DNA of 32,000 bases from Candidatus Korarchaeum cryptofilum OPF8 (GTDB lineage Archaea > Korarchaeota > Korarchaeia > Korarchaeales > Korarchaeaceae), in assembly GCF_000019605.1 (NCBI RefSeq), contig NC_010482.1, positions 1,200,001 through 1,232,000 of the forward strand, read 5' to 3'. The stretch's first letter is position 1, and every line of letters begins with the position of its first letter. The translations under genes and the position numbers were made by a program. Of this stretch, positions 1 through 9,200 are shown in pieces. The notes beneath the pieces are model-generated. The model was not told where the DNA came from, ran no database searches, and was given only the letters and a program-made list of their open reading frames with translations.

Positions 1-1
1 T

Positions 2-997
2 AAGGCCACGAGACCTATGTTGAGAGTTAGGGAAGTCGCGTTCTTCAAGGAAGGTCACACATTTCACGCGACATACGAGGAGGCCGTTGAACAAGTTAAC
101 CTAGAGGTCTGGATATACAAGAGCTTCTATGATGAGCTTCTCGTCCCTTACATAGTGGTCAAGACGCTGCCATGGGACACCTTCCCGGGGGCTCTTTACA
201 ATTACGATATAGTCACGATAATGCCAGATGGAAAGGCTCTGGAGTTAGGGAGCGCGATAAACTTCGGTGATCTATTCGCTAGGACATATGATCTTACTTA
301 CATGGATGAGGATGGGCAGAGGAAGAACGTCAACACTACATCCTTCGGGATATCGGAGAGATCCCTAGCTGCCGTAATCGCGATACATGGAGATGATAGG
401 GGCTTGAGGCTCCCTCCGAAGATAGCGCCGATACAGATAGTCATAGTTCCCATTCCAACGAAGGACTATGAGGAGAGGATAATGGAGTACTCTAGGGAAG
501 TGAAGTCCACGCTCGAGAGGAGCTTTAGGGTCCACCTAGATGAGAGTGAGGAGAGGCCAGGCTATAAGTTCTATAAATGGGAGATGAAAGGTGTTCCAAT
601 TAGGATAGAGATCGGAAGAAACGAGCTGGAGAGAAGGGAAGTTACGGTGTTCAGGAGAGACAAGATGGAGAGGGAAGCGATACCCATTGATAAATTGAAT
701 GAGAGGATCTCCGAGATCTTAAAGGATATAGAGAGAGTTCTCTCCGAACAGGCATGGAGTTACTTTAGGGAGAGGATATTCCATGCTAGAAACATGGAGG
801 AGCTCATTGAGAGCGTCAAAACTAAGGTAGTATCGTTCGCATGGTGCGGTAAAGAGGAGTGCGGCCATGAGGTTGAGGAGAAGGGTGGCTACGGCCTCTT
901 AGGATATGAGGAGGATGCTCTGAAGGGAAAAGGGGAGAAGTGCATCGTTTGTGGTGATGAGGCCAGACATAGGTGTTGGATAGGGAGATCTTATTGA
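2..997 (+). CDS. proS: prolyl-tRNA synthetase, archaeal/eukaryal type, C-terminal ~330 aa (5' end lies upstream of the window)
   Basis: The frame is open from nt 2. The translation shows a class II core remnant (REVAFFKEGHTFHAT), an anticodon-binding region, and a C-terminal Cys-rich module (WCGKEECGHE ... KCIVCGDEA). It ends in ...GRSY; a terminal Tyr is typical of archaeal-type ProRS. Confidence 0.85.
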   Translation, partial: KATRPMLRVREVAFFKEGHTFHATYEEAVEQVNLEVWIYKSFYDELLVPYIVVKTLPWDTFPGALYNYDIVTIMPDGKALELGSAINFGDLFARTYDLTYMDEDGQRKNVNTTSFGISERSLAAVIAIHGDDRGLRLPPKIAPIQIVIVPIPTKDYEERIMEYSREVKSTLERSFRVHLDESEERPGYKFYKWEMKGVPIRIEIGRNELERREVTVFRRDKMEREAIPIDKLNERISEILKDIERVLSEQAWSYFRERIFHARNMEELIESVKTKVVSFAWCGKEECGHEVEEKGGYGLLGYEEDALKGKGEKCIVCGDEARHRCWIGRSY

Positions 998-1114
998 ATT
1001 CTCTTTAAACAAATCTCTCCTATTTATCATAGCTACTCTTATTTCCCGGAGATGGATTCCCCCTCCCAGAGGAAACCTTTTATTCTGGAGGTGGTATGCT
1101 AGGCGGGTGATAGT

Positions 1115-1456
1115 ATGACAAAAAAGAGAAAGAACAGGGGTAGGAAGTTGGGAGGATCTGGACACGAGAGAACTGTTCAATGCTCGCAGTGCGGGAGAGT
1201 GATACCAGCCGACAAGGCAGTGAAGGTAACTAGATGGACCTCTCCCGTAGGTGGGAGCTTGGGGAAGGATCTGGAGAGGCAGGGGGCCTATATCTCTAAG
1301 AGGCTCGAGACCAGGTATTACTGCGTGAGCTGCGCTGTCTACTTGGGCATAGTCAGACCGAGGGCGGAGGAGGAGAGGAAGGAGGCCTTACCGATAAATA
1401 AACCGTATACGAAGAAACAGGTATCCAATCTACCGCTCAAGTTCCTCAAGGTCTGA
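1115..1456 (+). CDS. rps26e: 30S ribosomal protein eS26
   Basis: The N-terminus MTKKRKNRGRKLGGSGHERTVQCSQCGRVIPADKAVK and a later YYCVSCAVY give the eS26 zinc-ribbon pattern. GGTGAT-N3-ATG Shine-Dalgarno at 1106-1117. Confidence 0.85.
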   Translation: MTKKRKNRGRKLGGSGHERTVQCSQCGRVIPADKAVKVTRWTSPVGGSLGKDLERQGAYISKRLETRYYCVSCAVYLGIVRPRAEEERKEALPINKPYTKKQVSNLPLKFLKV

Positions 1457-3637
1457 TCAGAACCATTCCTCTAACCCACCCTTCTTACTTTCCTGAACCC
1501 TCAAGGGGGAGAGAGTTCTCTCGATAACCTGATCGAACAGGCTCAAGTAGTAATCCAGATCCGCGTCACTTACATCAAAGAATTCTGCAGGTCTTGCTCT
1601 ATCTGTCACGCTTCCAGGTCCTTTAATTATTATTATCCTAAGTACCTGACCCCTATGGACCTCTATCCCCTTCTCCGCTTTGAGCCATGTCGAGACCCTG
1701 AGGCCCTTCGTCATTCTCTCGAATCTTTCCTCTTCCTTCCCAATGGTCTCAAATATTATTAAATCCTCCCTCTTAATATCTCCTTTTATTATTTTATCCC
1801 TGAATTTGTTGACTATTTTTTCGATTTCGCTCTCCTTCCCCCTGAGGATAGCCTCAACGACCTCCCTCTGAGCCTCTTTGACTATCTTGGGATAATCTCT
1901 CCTTACGAACTCGAATCCCTTGGCAATAATCCTTCCATCCTCAAGCAAATGTGCATATTTTTTCTTCGCTAGGTAAATTCCTCTCAATGCCTTATAACGT
2001 AGATCTAGCCTGAGGGGTATCCCCGAATTTATATCATCGATTACGTTCTCGCACTCCTTCCCGAGAAACTGAATACCATCTGTATCTATGTAAATCACGC
2101 TTAAACCCTTAGATTCCAGCATCCCCCTGACCTTCTTTATGTAGAGCCTTCCGTAAGCCGATGTCAGTCTAGCTGCAGATATATTCATGAATGTAGCACT
2201 CTCCCATCCCATGTACCCATAGATCGCATTAGTAACTACCTTTATTGCTCTCTGAGCCGCATCCAGTCTCTTGTATTCGGGATCATCCTGCTTCAAATTC
2301 GCGAGACTTTCCTTAATCTTCGATCTTTCCTCTATCAATTTCCTCACTAGCTGAGGGACGAGGCCCTCCACATCCCTGCATACCTTAGCCCTCACCCCCT
2401 CCACATTCACTTCCTCCACCTCGCAGAAACCCTCCTCAGGATTAACGGTCTCGAAGCTCAAATTGTGCAGAGCCATTATAGAGGGATACATGCTAGCGAA
2501 ATCCAGATAACAGATTCCCTCATAAACCCCTGGAGATTTTATCCAAACGAATCCTCCCTCATAGCTCTCCTCAGGCCTTTGAGGTGATGAAAAAGCGATC
2601 CAATCCCTCGATCTCGACTCCTTGAGGAGTATTGCCTCTACTATCTCTCCGACAGAACTCCTGAGCAGCTTGTGAATAGGAATCAGCGACATCTTGGATA
2701 AAGCGATTTGATTATCTATTATTTTCGAGTATATTCCAATTATCGTGCTTAACTTCTTCCTCATATAGTCTAGAGCATTGTCCCTATTCAACTTCCAAGC
2801 TTCGGCCACCCTGAACTTCATCATAACTTCGGGCCTGCCGACCCCGAGCTCATCAGCCAATTCGTACCACGTCCTCTCAGGAAGTTGAGGAAAATCCCTC
2901 CAAGCCACTGAGAAGAGATCTAGGTTGGCCCTCCCTCTGATCCTGTTCTCCACTATTATGGTTCCCCTGAAGAACTTACCCGTCTCCATAGGTTCGGATC
3001 CATCCCTTCCAATCGAGAGCCTAAGCCCTAGATTCTTAGAACGGGCCATCAGATGCTTGAATTCATCCGCATCTTGGCCGTAACCTACTATTACATCCGG
3101 GTTCTCCTTACTTATCACTGAGACGAATTCCCTTATGATGACGGAATCGTCCAAATCGCTTGCCGATATCACCTCGATTGGACCATCATCCACTGAGTAA
3201 GAAATAGCGACTATCGGGCTCTTCCCCTCGACCGGAAATCCATCTTCGCTGTATATCATCCCGGAGAAGAAGAGTTTCTTCAGATCCTCAATACCGTAGC
3301 TCTCGCTCGGATTATCTGGATCGCTGAACGGTATCAATCCGCTGTCCAAGATGAACTTAAACCAAGATGGTATACCCGTCTCCATCGGGTTTTTCAGTCC
3401 TTTCATCGCCCTTTTCATAGATCTCTCGTCCTTAAAATAGACCTTCACTAAATCCCTCTCTACCCCCATCACCTTCTTCCTCACTCGTTCCTTCTCCAAG
3501 AAACCGCTCAGATTTCCCTCTTCTTCAGGTAGAATATAGAAATAAGGCCTAAATCTCACTCTCTCACTCATCCCACCTGAGAACCAGAGCTCCAATTGAT
3601 CCTCCGTATCCTCTATGTGAAAGTATATTTTACGCAT
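1457..3637 (-). CDS. polB: family-B DNA polymerase (polymerase motifs intact, exonuclease motifs substituted)
   Basis: 726-aa ORF with DFASMYPS (motif A), KVVTNAIYGYMG (motif B), YIDTDG (motif C) and KKKYA (KxY). The exo-domain scaffold is collinear with Pyrococcus-type PolB (GKSPIVAISY, SIGRDGSEP), but Exo I/II/III read FFSGMIYS / GYGQDADEFKHL / DYMRKK. Confidence 0.9.
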   Translation of the reverse strand: MRKIYFHIEDTEDQLELWFSGGMSERVRFRPYFYILPEEEGNLSGFLEKERVRKKVMGVERDLVKVYFKDERSMKRAMKGLKNPMETGIPSWFKFILDSGLIPFSDPDNPSESYGIEDLKKLFFSGMIYSEDGFPVEGKSPIVAISYSVDDGPIEVISASDLDDSVIIREFVSVISKENPDVIVGYGQDADEFKHLMARSKNLGLRLSIGRDGSEPMETGKFFRGTIIVENRIRGRANLDLFSVAWRDFPQLPERTWYELADELGVGRPEVMMKFRVAEAWKLNRDNALDYMRKKLSTIIGIYSKIIDNQIALSKMSLIPIHKLLRSSVGEIVEAILLKESRSRDWIAFSSPQRPEESYEGGFVWIKSPGVYEGICYLDFASMYPSIMALHNLSFETVNPEEGFCEVEEVNVEGVRAKVCRDVEGLVPQLVRKLIEERSKIKESLANLKQDDPEYKRLDAAQRAIKVVTNAIYGYMGWESATFMNISAARLTSAYGRLYIKKVRGMLESKGLSVIYIDTDGIQFLGKECENVIDDINSGIPLRLDLRYKALRGIYLAKKKYAHLLEDGRIIAKGFEFVRRDYPKIVKEAQREVVEAILRGKESEIEKIVNKFRDKIIKGDIKREDLIIFETIGKEEERFERMTKGLRVSTWLKAEKGIEVHRGQVLRIIIIKGPGSVTDRARPAEFFDVSDADLDYYLSLFDQVIERTLSPLRVQESKKGGLEEWF

Positions 3638-3650
3638 GCTCCCTCCTTCC

Positions 3651-3677
3651 TTATAAAACGGAGGTTCCCTATAATAA
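3651..3677. promoter_or_regulatory. divergent promoter pair in the 41-bp polB/thiI spacer
   Basis: TTATAAAA (3651-3658) is centred ~25 nt upstream of the thiI ATG, implying a leaderless mRNA. TATAATAA (3670-3677, TTATTATA on the minus strand) lies ~35 nt upstream of the polB ATG, with GGAAGGAGGGAGC just before that ATG. Confidence 0.45.
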
Positions 3678-3678
3678 T

Positions 3679-4800
3679 ATGAGGGAGTTCAATGCACTGA
3701 TAATTAGATACTCGGAGATCGGTCTTAAGAGCTCAAGCATCAGATCGTACATGGAGAGAGCCCTTCAGAGGAACTTGGAGGAAACTTACAGGAATGAGGG
3801 TGTTAACTTCTTAAAGGTAATTAAGAGAGCTGCCAGATTGATAGCTTACACTAAAGATCCTAAGGTCAGGGAGGTCACAAAATTAGTCCTTGGAATCAGC
3901 TCTTATAGCCCTTCTCTGGAGACGGATGCTGATCTCAATTCCATTGCTAACGCTGCCGAGTTAGTAGCCGGATGGGGAGAGGGGAGCTTCGCGATAAGGG
4001 TACAGAGGGTGACGAAGGAATTTCCAATGACCTCACTAGATTTAGCTAAGGAGATAGGGGCTAAGGTAAAAGAGAGCACAGGTAGAAGTGTGAATTTGGA
4101 TCATCCGGATCAGGAGATACATATAGAGTTAATAGGGGGCTACGCTTATGTCTCAGATGAGAAGATCAGGGGATATGGGGGACTTCCTGTAGGTACTCAG
4201 GGAAAGGTATTGGCGCTCATATCAGGAGGTATCGATAGCCCGGTTGCCGCTTGGCTCCTCATGAGGAGAGGTGCTCAGATAATACCCTTACATTTCAGGA
4301 AGAGCTCCGCTGAGGAGGAGACCTTCATTAAGATAGTCAACGTCCTGAGGAGGTATTCCTACGGGGTGAAGATGGAACCTATGATCCTTGAGCATGGGGA
4401 GTTCCTCTCTGAAATATCGAGGGAAGCGAGGGAGTGGACCTGCCTCTTATGCAAGAGGAGGATGCTATTAACAGCTAATAGGATAGCTAAGGAGATCGGA
4501 GCTCATGGAATCGTAACAGGGGATTCCCTCGGGCAGGTCGCATCGCAAACTCTAGCTAACCTCGAAGTAGAGAGCAGATGCCTCGAGAAGCCCGTCTTCA
4601 GACCCCTGATAGGGATGGATAAAGAGGATATCGTTAAGATAGCTAAGGAGATCGGGACATATGATATCTCGATAAGCTACAAGGAGAGCTGTCCTTTTGC
4701 ACCTAAGAGACCGAAGACCCTAGCCAATTGGAGGAATTTCTTAAAAGTAGCTGAGAAAATCGGCCGAAAGGAAATTATAAGTGGATGTAATGGGGCTTAG
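3679..4800 (+). CDS. thiI: tRNA 4-thiouridine synthase ThiI (THUMP + PP-loop, no rhodanese domain)
   Basis: PP-loop SGGIDSPVAAW, an N-terminal THUMP-like region, and CxxC (WTCLLCKRR) plus a distal Cys (ESCPFAPK), as in the Fe-S-dependent archaeal ThiI class. Confidence 0.85.
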   Translation: MREFNALIIRYSEIGLKSSSIRSYMERALQRNLEETYRNEGVNFLKVIKRAARLIAYTKDPKVREVTKLVLGISSYSPSLETDADLNSIANAAELVAGWGEGSFAIRVQRVTKEFPMTSLDLAKEIGAKVKESTGRSVNLDHPDQEIHIELIGGYAYVSDEKIRGYGGLPVGTQGKVLALISGGIDSPVAAWLLMRRGAQIIPLHFRKSSAEEETFIKIVNVLRRYSYGVKMEPMILEHGEFLSEISREAREWTCLLCKRRMLLTANRIAKEIGAHGIVTGDSLGQVASQTLANLEVESRCLEKPVFRPLIGMDKEDIVKIAKEIGTYDISISYKESCPFAPKRPKTLANWRNFLKVAEKIGRKEIISGCNGA

Positions 4801-4919
4801 CAGCTTCCGTGTTTCCCGAGCCCTTGGGGAGCTCAGTACTCCACGGAACGCGGCCAGGCTTAACTTCCGGGTTCGGAATGGGTCCGGGTGTGTCCCTGGC
4901 CGCTATGGCCGCTCGCCCC
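4792..4919 (-). rRNA. rrf: 5S ribosomal RNA (orphan, not linked to 16S/23S in this window)
   Basis: The minus strand reads GGGGCGAGCGGCCATAGCGGCCAGGGACACACCCGGACCCATTCCGAACCCGGAAGTTAAGCCTGGCCGCGTTCCGTGGAGTACTGAGC...GGAAGCTGCTAAGCCCC. It contains the universal CCGAACCCGGAAGTTAAGC core. Helix I closes with GGGGC/GCCCC plus AGCGGC/GCUGCU. Ends are +/- 3 nt. Confidence 0.9.
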
Positions 4920-4936
4920 ACTTACATGACTAGCTC

Positions 4937-4946
4937 TATTTAAAAA
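4937..4946. promoter_or_regulatory. TATA box (TTTTTAAATA on minus strand) for 5S rRNA; possibly bidirectional toward ileS
   Basis: Centred ~22-26 nt upstream of the predicted 5S 5' end. The TTTAAA core is palindromic and lies ~50 nt upstream of the ileS ATG. Confidence 0.5.
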
Positions 4947-4992
4947 CTTAGGCCCCCATGTTCGGGGGAATGAGGGGAAGAGGTGCCAGGGG

Positions 4993-7941
4993 ATGCCCAA
5001 GCTGAGGAGACTGGGAAGGAACTTCGATCCTAAAAGCTATGAACAGGAAATTTTGAGATACTGGGATGAGAGAAAGGTTTATGAAAAGTTGAGGGAATCT
5101 AGAATCGGTGCAAAGAAATTCCATTTTCTTGATGGGCCGCCGTATCCATCGTCAGATACCCCCCATCCCGGTACCGTCTGGAATAAGGTAGTGAAGGATG
5201 CCGTAGTGAGGTTCAAGAGAGGAGAAGGCTACTTCGTTCTCGATAAGCCTGGCTGGGATACGCATGGACTACCGATAGAGGTCATGACAGAGAGGGCTCT
5301 GGGCTTCTCATCAAAGAAAGACATAGAAACATTCGGTATAGCGAAGTTCGTGGAGCAGTGCAGGGAGCTGGCGGCGAGGAATATAGAGTCCATGACACGG
5401 CACTTCAAGGAATTCGGAGTATCGCTGGATTGGAGCTCCCCCTATGTAACATACGAGAGGGAGTACATCGAAAGCGCATGGTGGGGGATAAAGAGGATAT
5501 GGGAGAATGGAATGCTTTATCAAGGGGAGAGGCCTGTCCACTGGTGCCCCAGATGTGAGACGGTCCTCTCCGATTACGAAGTCAGTGAAAGTTACAAGGA
5601 GTTGATGGATCCATCTATATATGTGAAGTTTAAGCTAGTTGACAGACCTGAATACATTTTAATCTGGACCACTACTCCTTGGACACTTCCCGGAAACGTA
5701 GCGGTGATGGTACACCCAGATGAGAAATATGTGAAAGTTAGAACGGATTCCGGAGTTCTCATACTGGCTGAGAAGAGGCTAGAGCATGTTATGAGGGAAG
5801 CAGGTATTAAGAGCTATGAGGTTATAGAAGAATTTCAGGGGAGATCCCTAGAGGGCCTGAAATATGAACATCCTCTTGAGGATGTAGTCGATGTTCAGAG
5901 GGGGCTGAGAGAATATCATATGATAATCCTGAGCTCCGAATACGTGACGATGGAGGAGGGAAGCGGGTGCGTTCACTCGGCCCCGGGACATGGTAAGGAA
6001 GATTTCGAGGTTTGCTCAAGATATGGGCTTCCAGTGAAGAGCCCAGTGGATGAGAGAGGCTTATTCACGGCTGAAGCCGGGAAGTATGCTGGTCTTAACG
6101 TTAGGGAAGCTAATAACTTGATAATAAGGGATCTGGAGGAGAGGGGCGCTTTAGTAGCTAAAGGTACTGTAGTTCATAAGTATCCAGTATGCTGGAGGTG
6201 CGACACTCCCCTAATAATAAGAGCGACGAAGCAATGGTTCATAAGGATATCTGATATAAGGGAAAAGCTTCTTAGCGAGAGCGATAAGGTGAAATGGGTC
6301 CCCAGATGGGGAGGGGAGAGAAGGTTCAGGGACTGGCTGTTAGGCGTCGAGGATTGGATAATATCAAGGCAGAGGTACTGGGGAATACCCATACCCATAT
6401 GGACCTGCGATAAATGCGGTAAGATCGAGGTAATAGGATCCTCAAGGGAGCTGGAAGCTAAATCTGGCGTCAAATTGGAAGATTTGCATAGGCCTTGGGT
6501 AGATGAAGTCTCAATTAAATGCGACTCCTGTGGAGGCACTATGAGGAGGATTCCCGATATAATGGACGTCTGGTATGATTCAGGGATCTCATTCTTCGCG
6601 AGCTTAGGATATCCTTATAAAACTGATTCATTGAACGAGATATTCCCGGTGGACTTCATAACCGAGGGACACGATCAAGTGAGGGGGTGGTTCTTCTCAC
6701 TCCTCAGGATGGGTGTCCTCCTCTTCGGAAGGGCACCTTACAGGTCTGTCCTCATGCACGGCTTCATGCTCGATGAGAAAGGGAGGGAGATGCATAAGAG
6801 ACTTGGGAATTACGTCCCGCCCCAAGAGATAGTTAAGAGGTTCGGAAGGGATTGCTTCAGGGCCTTCGTATTGACTAAGGTACCATGGCAGGATCTTAGG
6901 TTCTCCTGGAAGGGAATGGAGGAAGTTTCTAGGAAGTTGAACATAATATGGAATGTCTATGTTTTCGCCACGACGTATATAGGGGATAGAGATATCAAGG
7001 ACCTAGATCCGAGCGATGTGAGAGATCCAATAAATAAATGGCTCATTTCCAGGCTTAACACTACGATGAAAAACTTCAGGGAAGCTATGGAGGAATACAA
7101 TCTCCATGTCGCGAGCAATGAGATCATAAACTTCCTCGTGGAGGATGTGAGTCATCTATATCTCAGGGTCTCCAGGAAGAAGATAAGATCTAAGGACGAA
7201 GCCACTTCCTCGGAGTGGATAAGTGTCCTCTATTATGTGCTGAGAAATGCTATTCCCTACTTATCTGTAGTGACTCCCTTCCTTGCTGAGAAGATCTATC
7301 TGGATGCTTTCATGATGAATGGTGACCCTGAGAGCGTGAACTTCCTAACATTGCCGGAGCCGAATCTCCTCATGATAGATGAGGAGCTCGAATCCCTGAT
7401 GGACATCGTCAGGGGGATAATAAGCTCTTCAGGACAAGCAAGATCAAGCGTGGGGCTTAAGAGGAGGCAGCCACTCAGGAGGATGGTGATATCCTCGGAG
7501 GATCCTCTAGTAAAGAAGGCAGTAGAGAACTTCTCCGAGGTCATAATGATGGAGGCTAATTTGAGGGAAGTGGAGTTCGGAGACCCACCTAAGGATGGGA
7601 AGTGGGTAGAGGGAAGCTTCAATGGAGGGAAGATATACCTCTCCCTAGAGATAGGAGAAGAGGAACTCTTGGAAGGTCTCTCTAGGGAGCTCATCAGGAG
7701 AATACAGCTCATGAGGAAGGAATTAGGACTCACTCTGGGCGTTGAGAGGATAGAGGTTTATATACAGGGGGATGAGGAGATAAGAAAGGCTGTTGATAGT
7801 TTCTACGATGATATAACTTGGAACTCCGATGCGGATCTCATACAGATAGTGAGTGGCCCGGAGGAGGTTTCCGAGTTCTCTCTGGGCAAGGAATGGGAGA
7901 TAGATGGTAGAAGGGTGGTAATATGGGTGAGGAAGATCTAG
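4993..7941 (+). CDS. ileS: isoleucyl-tRNA synthetase
   Basis: GPPYPSSDTPHPGTVWNK (HxGT signature), WCPRCETVLSDYEV, editing-domain WTTTPWTLPGN, VCWRCDTPLI and EDWIISRQRYWGIPIP. The KMSKS position reads EMHKRLGN. Confidence 0.9.
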   Translation: MPKLRRLGRNFDPKSYEQEILRYWDERKVYEKLRESRIGAKKFHFLDGPPYPSSDTPHPGTVWNKVVKDAVVRFKRGEGYFVLDKPGWDTHGLPIEVMTERALGFSSKKDIETFGIAKFVEQCRELAARNIESMTRHFKEFGVSLDWSSPYVTYEREYIESAWWGIKRIWENGMLYQGERPVHWCPRCETVLSDYEVSESYKELMDPSIYVKFKLVDRPEYILIWTTTPWTLPGNVAVMVHPDEKYVKVRTDSGVLILAEKRLEHVMREAGIKSYEVIEEFQGRSLEGLKYEHPLEDVVDVQRGLREYHMIILSSEYVTMEEGSGCVHSAPGHGKEDFEVCSRYGLPVKSPVDERGLFTAEAGKYAGLNVREANNLIIRDLEERGALVAKGTVVHKYPVCWRCDTPLIIRATKQWFIRISDIREKLLSESDKVKWVPRWGGERRFRDWLLGVEDWIISRQRYWGIPIPIWTCDKCGKIEVIGSSRELEAKSGVKLEDLHRPWVDEVSIKCDSCGGTMRRIPDIMDVWYDSGISFFASLGYPYKTDSLNEIFPVDFITEGHDQVRGWFFSLLRMGVLLFGRAPYRSVLMHGFMLDEKGREMHKRLGNYVPPQEIVKRFGRDCFRAFVLTKVPWQDLRFSWKGMEEVSRKLNIIWNVYVFATTYIGDRDIKDLDPSDVRDPINKWLISRLNTTMKNFREAMEEYNLHVASNEIINFLVEDVSHLYLRVSRKKIRSKDEATSSEWISVLYYVLRNAIPYLSVVTPFLAEKIYLDAFMMNGDPESVNFLTLPEPNLLMIDEELESLMDIVRGIISSSGQARSSVGLKRRQPLRRMVISSEDPLVKKAVENFSEVIMMEANLREVEFGDPPKDGKWVEGSFNGGKIYLSLEIGEEELLEGLSRELIRRIQLMRKELGLTLGVERIEVYIQGDEEIRKAVDSFYDDITWNSDADLIQIVSGPEEVSEFSLGKEWEIDGRRVVIWVRKI

Positions 7942-9200
7942 TGAGAGTTCATGGATGGGTAAGTGAGGTCAGAAACCTCGGAAAAGTGAGATTCATAGTT
8001 ATAAGGAACTGGAATGAGAGGATTCAGATAACGCTGAAGAGAGGCATGGTTGAGGATAGCCTTTTCGATCTCACCGAAAATCTAACTCAAGAATCTGTGA
8101 TAGAGGTCGTAGGGAAGGAGGTAAAGGAGAAGATAGCTGTCGGGGCGGATAGAGAGGTAATACCAGAGAGGATAATTGTGCACTCGCTCGCTAACCCTCA
8201 GCTACCGCTGGATCCCAACTGGAAGGTACCGGCCCAAGTCCCGACTAGATTCGATAATAGGCCATTGGACTTGAGGAGACCTGAAATCCAGGCGATATTC
8301 AAGATAGAGTCTTCCTTACTCGATGGGATGGAGGATTGGCTCAGAAGGAATGGTTTCATAAGGGTATTCACTCCAGCGCTCATAGGGGCGGCTAGTGAGA
8401 GCGGGGCCGAGGTATTTAAGGTCCTCTACTTCGATAAGGAGGCTTATCTAAGGCAAGACCCACAACTTCACAGACAATTAACGATCTTAGGAGGTTTTGA
8501 GAGAATTTATGACCTTGGAACAAACTGGAGAGCTGAATTAAGTAGAACCCCGAGGCATTTAAGTGAATTCAGATCTTTGGCGGTAGAATTGGCCTTCATA
8601 GAGAATGAACAGGATACCATGAGGGTAGAGGAGCAGATCATAAGGGAAGGAATTAAGAGAGTTGTCGAGGAGAGGTCTAAGGAACTGGAGCTCCTCAATG
8701 TGGATCTGGACGTCCCTAAGGTACCGTTTCCCGAGCTAAGGTTTCCAAAAATTTATGAAATTCTCGAAGAGTATGGGAAAATAATTGAATACGGAGAGGA
8801 TTATGATACTGAAAGTGAGAGACTTCTTTGGCAATATGTGAGAGAAAATTATGAATCTGACTTCTTCTTCGTCAATCGCTTCCCCTTCAAGGTGAAGCCG
8901 TTCTACGTGATGAAAGAGGATGATACTTGGGCTAGAAGCGTGGATCTTCTTTATAAAGGGTTGGAACTGAGCTCCGGGGGTCAGAGAGAGCACAGATATG
9001 ACGTCTTGATATCTCAGATAAGGGAAAAGGGTTTAGATCCTAGGAGCCTTGAATGGTTCACTAAGTTCTTCGCTTACGGGGCTCCACCACATGGTGGATT
9101 CGCGATAGGTATAGAGAGACTCCTAATGAAGATGCTGGAGCTGAGCAGCGTCAAGGAGGCCTCGCTGTTTCCCAGGGATCCAGATAGGATTCTGCCTTAA
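7923..9200 (+). CDS. aspS: aspartyl-tRNA synthetase, archaeal type
   Basis: OB-fold N-terminus (VHGWVSEVRNLGKVRFIVIR), PQLPLDP, motif 2 WRAELSRTPRHLSEF, SSGGQREHR, motif 3 GGFAIGIERLLM and the C-terminus LFPRDPDRILP. The ATG at 7923 overlaps ileS by 19 nt. A GTG at 7941 (TAGTG overlap, with GGGTGAGGA upstream) is an alternative start. Confidence 0.88.
   Translation: MGEEDLVRVHGWVSEVRNLGKVRFIVIRNWNERIQITLKRGMVEDSLFDLTENLTQESVIEVVGKEVKEKIAVGADREVIPERIIVHSLANPQLPLDPNWKVPAQVPTRFDNRPLDLRRPEIQAIFKIESSLLDGMEDWLRRNGFIRVFTPALIGAASESGAEVFKVLYFDKEAYLRQDPQLHRQLTILGGFERIYDLGTNWRAELSRTPRHLSEFRSLAVELAFIENEQDTMRVEEQIIREGIKRVVEERSKELELLNVDLDVPKVPFPELRFPKIYEILEEYGKIIEYGEDYDTESERLLWQYVRENYESDFFFVNRFPFKVKPFYVMKEDDTWARSVDLLYKGLELSSGGQREHRYDVLISQIREKGLDPRSLEWFTKFFAYGAPPHGGFAIGIERLLMKMLELSSVKEASLFPRDPDRILP

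Noticed and set aside
1053-1103. 16-codon ATG ORF (MDSPSQRKPFILEVVC) in the proS / eS26 spacer.
   Set aside because: It is too short, has no SD, and overlaps the likely eS26 promoter (CTTTTATT at about 1076-1085).
899-1180. 93-aa minus-strand ORF spanning the proS / eS26 spacer.
   Set aside because: It overlaps the ends of two confidently called plus-strand genes, has no recognisable motif, and has no promoter or SD support.
4953-4968. CCCCC-ATGTTC-GGGGG hairpin upstream of ileS as a possible leader or regulatory element.
   Set aside because: It has only 5 bp and sits about where the TSS is expected. No T-box-like or other conserved features are present, and archaea are not known to use T-box control. 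That is too little to call.
5164-5175. IleRS HIGH signature reading HPGT (last His replaced by Thr).
   Set aside because: As far as I recall, archaeal IleRS normally carries H-x-G-T followed by (A/V)WNK. Only the middle Pro is unusual, so this is not treated as an anomaly.
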